Shown: positions 7,441 to 11,982 of the stretch, one piece after another
Layout: every line of letters starts with the position of its first letter
Numbering within the stretch: position 1 is the first letter of the stretch
DNA from: Pseudothermotoga sp.
Lineage (GTDB): Bacteria > Thermotogota > Thermotogae > Thermotogales > DSM-5069
Direction: 5' to 3'
Assembly (NCBI GenBank): GCA_041640575.1
Contig: JBEPZZ010000053.1
Coordinates: 1-11,982, forward strand
Length of the DNA: 11,982 nucleotides
Program-made: the position numbers and the translations under genes
Notes under the pieces: generated by a model
What the model saw: the letters and a program-made list of their open reading frames with translations, nothing else
What the model was told of the DNA's origin: nothing
The model's database searches: none

Positions 7441-8679
7441 ATGAAGAGGCTTATGATTCTTACCTTGGTTATCCTTCTCGTAGTTATTTCATCTGCTAAA
7501 ACAAAAATTGTGTACTGGCAGTATTACTTTGAGGCAAAAGTCAAGGCTATTGACACATTAGTTCAGAAGTTTCAACAACTCAACCCTGATATCGAAGTCG
7601 AACATGTCACTTTTCCCTACGAAACTTTCAACGAGAAAGTTGCAGCATCGATACCAGCAGGAACTGGTCCAGATGTGGTAAATCTTTACTACGGTTGGTT
7701 ACCAAGATACGTACTAGCAGGCTACCTACAGCCATTACCAGAGAATGTCTTCTCGGACGAATTCATAAAAACCAATTTCTTTGAATTCGTGCTAGATGGA
7801 ATAAAATTCGCGGGTAAAAAGTACGCATTGCCAGTTGCGGTTAGAAGTTTGGCTTTGATTTACAACAAAGACCTTTTCAAGGAAGCTGGTCTGGACCCAA
7901 ACAAACCTCCAAAAACTCTGGATGAACTGGTTCAATATGCAAAGAAACTTACAAAATACGATAGGCAAGGTAACATCATTCAGGCAGGTCTAGCAACTCA
8001 ACCATCTGGGCAAGGGCATCACTGGATCAGAGAAATCCTTGTGAGACAATTTGGTGGGACACCATATACTCAAGATAACAAACAAGTTACTTATCACTTA
8101 ACACCAGAAGCGCTGAAGTTTTATACTGATCTGATAACTGTTCACAAAGTTGGCTTTCCAGGTTTCATGAACGATGATATAACAGCTTTTATGTCTTCAG
8201 GGGCCGCGATGAATATCGATGGGTCTTTTAGAATCGCCGCTCTTAAGAGATCTGGTATCAACTTTGGCATAGCTGAATTACCTGAGTACAATGGAATTAA
8301 GTCGAATTTTGCATCCTTCTGGGCGAATGCGATAACCGTAAATGCTACTGGACAAAAATTTGAAGCTGCGGTGAGGTTCCTCAAATTCCTGATAAGCGAA
8401 GAAGTCATGGAATACTGGCTTGAAGCTGTTGGTGAACTACCTGCAAAACCGCAAGTAGCAATGAAGTACTACAACGATCCTGTTTATGGCCCCTTCTTGA
8501 AAGGATTAGAATATGCCCACGCTACCTTCTTTGTTGACGAGTTGCCACAAAGACAAGTGATTATGGATGCCGTGGACAAAGTCTGGCTCAAAAATGTTGA
8601 CCCAGCAATTGCTTTCAAGGAAGCTGCAGCTCAGGAACAATTGATCCTGGATAAATTTTGGGCGTCGGTAGGTAAGTGA
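7441..8679 (+). CDS. Carbohydrate ABC transporter extracellular solute-binding protein (CUT1)
   Basis: 412 aa with a cleavable signal peptide and no lipobox Cys. Motifs AGTGPDV, KKYALP and LIYNKDLFKEAGLDPNKPPKTLDEL. RBS GGGAGGTG. Confidence 0.95.
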   Translation: MKRLMILTLVILLVVISSAKTKIVYWQYYFEAKVKAIDTLVQKFQQLNPDIEVEHVTFPYETFNEKVAASIPAGTGPDVVNLYYGWLPRYVLAGYLQPLPENVFSDEFIKTNFFEFVLDGIKFAGKKYALPVAVRSLALIYNKDLFKEAGLDPNKPPKTLDELVQYAKKLTKYDRQGNIIQAGLATQPSGQGHHWIREILVRQFGGTPYTQDNKQVTYHLTPEALKFYTDLITVHKVGFPGFMNDDITAFMSSGAAMNIDGSFRIAALKRSGINFGIAELPEYNGIKSNFASFWANAITVNATGQKFEAAVRFLKFLISEEVMEYWLEAVGELPAKPQVAMKYYNDPVYGPFLKGLEYAHATFFVDELPQRQVIMDAVDKVWLKNVDPAIAFKEAAAQEQLILDKFWASVGK

Positions 8680-8700
8680 TTTTTCTCTTTATTTCTAATT

Positions 8701-8724
8701 GCGCACGGCTTTGAGGCCGTGCGC
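8701..8724 (+). terminator. Strong intercistronic hairpin (mRNA stabiliser or partial terminator)
   Basis: GCGCACGGC-TTTGAG-GCCGTGCGC is a perfect 9-bp GC-rich stem followed by only TT. It lies between the SBP and the first permease. Confidence 0.7.
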
Positions 8725-8740
8725 TTGAAAGGTGATATAC

Positions 8741-9628
8741 ATGAAATTGAGACACAAGAGAGTTTTAACTGCCTATTTATTTCTTGCAATTCCATTGCTA
8801 TTTTTCGTTTTAGTTAGATTTTACCCGATGCTCTATGCTTTCAGTATAAGCTTTACAAACTGGAACATAGCTAGTCCAAAAAGACAGTTCGTTGGATTCG
8901 CAAATTATCTGGCAATTTTCAATGATCAGATTTTCCTGAAATCTTTGATTAATACACTCAAATATGTTACTTATGGTGTTCCATCAGTTATCGTAATCTC
9001 TTTATCGATAGCTATTGTCCTGAATAACATTTCGAGAGCGCAAGGTTTCTATAGATTAACTGCCATGATGCCTTACATTACACCCATGGTTGCCACAAGT
9101 TGGGTATGGCGATGGATGTATCAGAGACCTCCTACTGGTGTGATCAATAGGATTCTATCAATGTTTGGACTTCCTACAAGAATGTTTTTGTTCAGTACCA
9201 CAGAAGCTTTACCTTCAATTGTTGCAACCACAGTTTGGGTAGAACTGGGTTATTGTACTTTAATTTTTCTCGCAGGTCTTCAGAATATCCCAAAAGAATA
9301 CATAGAAGCCGCAAGAATTGATGGGGCTAACCGTCGTCAAACATTTTTTAGGATAACCATACCTTTGCTGAATCCTGTGATAGTTTTTCTCATTATTATA
9401 GAGACTATAAATTTTCTGAGAATCTTTACTCAAGTCTACAATATGACTGATCAAGCTTCCGGTGGACCGCTCAATTCAACAAAACCTTTAGTGTTGTACA
9501 TATACCAAAAAGCATTCAAATCATTCGAAATGGGAATTGCTTCTGCTGCCACTGTAATTCTTTTCGTAATAATATTAGGGATAACCATCTTTCAGTTGAA
9601 GGTTCTTAACAGAAGAATAGATTACTGA
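8741..9628 (+). CDS. Carbohydrate ABC transporter permease (MalF/UgpA-like)
   Basis: Motifs FVGFANY, FLAGLQNIPKEYIEAARIDGA (EAA loop) and GGPLNST. ATG 8741 follows AAGGTG. The longest ORF starts at GTG 8732. Confidence 0.95.
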   Translation: MKLRHKRVLTAYLFLAIPLLFFVLVRFYPMLYAFSISFTNWNIASPKRQFVGFANYLAIFNDQIFLKSLINTLKYVTYGVPSVIVISLSIAIVLNNISRAQGFYRLTAMMPYITPMVATSWVWRWMYQRPPTGVINRILSMFGLPTRMFLFSTTEALPSIVATTVWVELGYCTLIFLAGLQNIPKEYIEAARIDGANRRQTFFRITIPLLNPVIVFLIIIETINFLRIFTQVYNMTDQASGGPLNSTKPLVLYIYQKAFKSFEMGIASAATVILFVIILGITIFQLKVLNRRIDY

Positions 9629-9641
9629 TGAGGTGAATGAG

Positions 9642-10463
9642 ATGACAAAGATTGATCGATTTATTGTGATAATAAGTTATGTGATTTTGTCACTTTTAAT
9701 AATTGTGATGGTTTTCCCATTTATATGGATGGTTGTTAGCTCCCTAAAACCATTTAAGGAAATATATAAACCCTACTTTTTCCCCAAAACGCCGACTCTC
9801 ATTAATTACTTTGAAATTCTTACCCATTCTTTTTTTCCAAAGTGGTTTGAAAATAGTCTAATAGTGGCAATTGCTACTACTCTATCGGTTATGTTTTTTG
9901 ACAGCTTGACTGGATATACCCTCGCAAAGTTTCAGTTTCCCGGGAAAAACATCATCTTCATTTTCATCTTGAGCACATTGATGATTCCTACTGAGATGTT
10001 GGTCATCCCATGGTACATAATGTCTACAAAACTGGGTTGGGTCAATACACACTGGGGAATAATGTTCCCAGGAATGATAACAGCTTTTGGGATATTCCTT
10101 ATGAAGCAATTTTGCGAAACTATTCCAACAGATTTACTTGATGCTGCTAGAATTGATGGCATGTCAGAGTTTGGAATTTTTCTTCGCGTTGTATTACCGC
10201 TTGTAAGGCCAGCTCTGGCCTCACTTGCAATTTTGAACTTTATAGGAAACTGGAATGCTTTTCTTTGGCCATTGATTGTTACTTCGCAACCTAAAATGTA
10301 CACTTTACCTGTTGGTCTGGCATTTTTTTCTAGCGAAAATCTGATGCGTTGGGAGATGATAATGACTGGTGCCACAATTTCTACCATACCCTTGATAATT
10401 GTTTTCTTGATTCTGCAACGGCAGATTATAAGAGGAATAATGTTGTCTGGCTTGAAAGGTTGA
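9642..10463 (+). CDS. Carbohydrate ABC transporter permease (MalG/UgpE-like)
   Basis: Motifs PFIWMVVSSLK, GYTLAKFQFPGK, DLLDAARIDG and WNAFLWPLI. ATG 9642 is 6 nt after GAGGTG. The longest ORF starts at GTG 9633. Confidence 0.95.
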   Translation: MTKIDRFIVIISYVILSLLIIVMVFPFIWMVVSSLKPFKEIYKPYFFPKTPTLINYFEILTHSFFPKWFENSLIVAIATTLSVMFFDSLTGYTLAKFQFPGKNIIFIFILSTLMIPTEMLVIPWYIMSTKLGWVNTHWGIMFPGMITAFGIFLMKQFCETIPTDLLDAARIDGMSEFGIFLRVVLPLVRPALASLAILNFIGNWNAFLWPLIVTSQPKMYTLPVGLAFFSSENLMRWEMIMTGATISTIPLIIVFLILQRQIIRGIMLSGLKG

Positions 10464-10467
10464 TCAA

Positions 10468-11337
10468 ATGAAAATAATTGACTCTCACGTGCATTTTATA
10501 TTAAATGCCCAGATCAGAAACACTCAAGATCCATGGATTAAAGCAGAGCAAGAAAAATGGAGAATCGCTTGGGGTTTTCAAGAACCCGAAGAGATTACGG
10601 ACTTTCATAAATTAGCAAAACTTTGGATTGAGGAAACGAAAAAACATAACTTAGAAAAGGTAGTCTTTGTGACCGCCAGTGGTAACGAGCAAATGATTGA
10701 ACTTGTAAAACTTTGCCCGGAGAAATTTGTTGGATATGCGCATCATAACATAGAGAATCAGAATGCTGCAGAGCTTTTGGAGAAGGCTCTTGAACAAGGA
10801 CTGCGTGGCTACAAAATTCTTGGCACATTGGTGAAGACCCCATTAAATGATCCAAAATTTTATCCGGTGTGGGAGGTAGCAAATAAATACGAAATACCTG
10901 TTCTAATTCATTTTGGTATCGTCGGTGCAGCAGGTGGAATTGCTTTTGGGGTAAACATAAACCCACTTGTAATCCACGATGTGGCAAAGAATTTTAAAAG
11001 GATTAAGTTCATTATTCCCCACTTTGGTTGTGGTTATCTGTTCGAAACCCTAAATCTTTGCTGGGCCTGCCCAAACGTTTATGTAGACACAAGTGGATCA
11101 AATCAATGGATGAGATGGATGCCGTACGACGTTAACCTTGAGACACTTTTCAGAAAGTTCAAAGAGACTATTGGCTCTCAAAGGATAATCTTTGGTACCG
11201 ATTCGAGCTGGTTTCCAAGAGGTTTCGTAAAAGCATATCTTGACGAACAATTGAAGGCTATGGTTTATGTAGGATATCGTCAGCAAGAGATTGATGATGT
11301 TTTGTACGGCAACATTTCTAAGATCCTCAATTTATAG
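10468..11337 (+). CDS. Amidohydrolase superfamily metalloenzyme (Amidohydro_2 type), substrate unknown
   Basis: N-terminal IDSHVH (DxHxH), PVLIHFG, IPHFG, NVYVDTSG and IIFGTD give the TIM-barrel metal-ligand pattern. Confidence 0.9.
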   Translation: MKIIDSHVHFILNAQIRNTQDPWIKAEQEKWRIAWGFQEPEEITDFHKLAKLWIEETKKHNLEKVVFVTASGNEQMIELVKLCPEKFVGYAHHNIENQNAAELLEKALEQGLRGYKILGTLVKTPLNDPKFYPVWEVANKYEIPVLIHFGIVGAAGGIAFGVNINPLVIHDVAKNFKRIKFIIPHFGCGYLFETLNLCWACPNVYVDTSGSNQWMRWMPYDVNLETLFRKFKETIGSQRIIFGTDSSWFPRGFVKAYLDEQLKAMVYVGYRQQEIDDVLYGNISKILNL

Positions 11338-11351
11338 GGAGGCACAAAAAG

Positions 11352-11982
11352 ATGCATGTGTATAGAAAACTTGTCTTAGAAAAATCGTTCGAAAATTGGA
11401 AAAAGTTGGCCGAGCACTATTTTTCTATAAATAAAGCACATCTTTTGATGCTATACAAAACAGCTATTGTTCCAAAACATGTTGCAAAAATGATAGGAAA
11501 GGCATTAGAAAATTTGGAAATTCAAGACCTGAGGCTCACTGAAGACGTGGAAGATATGATCTTTTTAATTGAAAAAATTCTAGGGGAAAAGATAAGTCCC
11601 GAAATAGCAGGATATCTTCATGTAGCCAGAAGTAGGAATGATGTGGATGCAACAATATTTAGGATGGTCGTAAGGGAAAGGCTGATTCAGTTAATCAACG
11701 AACTGACTAATTTTCTTGAAATTCTGATTGAAATAATGAGTCAAAACCTTGAGACGTATTTACTGCTTTATACACATGGACAGCCCGCACAGGTGTCAAC
11801 ATTGGCGCATTTTTTGGCAGCCATCTTTGAGGATGTTTACGAATCACTAGAGATACTTTTCTGGTCTTACAAATCAGTAAATCACTGTCCCATGGGTGCA
11901 GCAGCGATAACAACTACAGGATTTGGGATAGACAGAGAAATGGTTGCAGAATATCTTGGTTTTGAAAGACCACTTCAGAACT
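11352..11982 (+). CDS. Argininosuccinate lyase-like protein (ArgH family, aspartase/fumarase superfamily), 3'-truncated
   Basis: Manual translation gives 210 open codons from ATG 11352 after a GGGAGG RBS: MHVYRKLVLEKSFENW...NKAHLLML...GYLHVARSRNDVDAT...YTHGQPAQVST...CPMGAAAITTTGFGIDRE...LGFERPLQN. It is absent from the ORF track because it has no stop in the window. Confidence 0.92.
   Translation, partial: MHVYRKLVLEKSFENWKKLAEHYFSINKAHLLMLYKTAIVPKHVAKMIGKALENLEIQDLRLTEDVEDMIFLIEKILGEKISPEIAGYLHVARSRNDVDATIFRMVVRERLIQLINELTNFLEILIEIMSQNLETYLLLYTHGQPAQVSTLAHFLAAIFEDVYESLEILFWSYKSVNHCPMGAAAITTTGFGIDREMVAEYLGFERPLQN

Noticed and set aside
6278..11913. Antisense ORFs 6278-6508, 6405-6632, 7145-7351, 8142-8408, 9260-9454, 9882-10109, 9932-10387, 10595-10987, 11098-11286 and 11707-11913
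   Set aside because: All overlap strongly supported plus-strand genes. 11707-11913 is the shadow of the truncated lyase gene.
11352..11982. Calling the last gene a housekeeping argH
   Set aside because: Its motifs are divergent and it sits in a sugar-uptake operon, so the symbol is withheld pending phylogeny or assay.

Overview
AT-rich, gene-dense bacterial contig. The sugar-transport content, GGAGGTG-type RBSs and non-lipoprotein binding protein suggest Thermotogae, which is inference only. The first 17 nt are Illumina adapter sequence. Then follow the end of a glucose/mannose-type CUT1 ABC operon (two permeases), a strong sigma70 promoter with a ~110-nt structured leader before a DUF1848 Fe-S/radical-SAM-like gene, a MATE exporter, and a minus-strand secreted alkaline phosphatase flanked by two ~600-bp non-coding tracts. 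The right half is one apparent operon with a 25-bp palindromic operator: ROK repressor, sugar-binding protein, two permeases, an Amidohydro_2 metalloenzyme, and a divergent argininosuccinate-lyase-family protein that is truncated at the contig end and missing from the supplied ORF track. This operon is the best candidate for an uncharacterised system, possibly uptake and fumarate-eliminating breakdown of a sugar-aspartate/succinyl conjugate. No rRNA, tRNA, CRISPR array or transposase was found.
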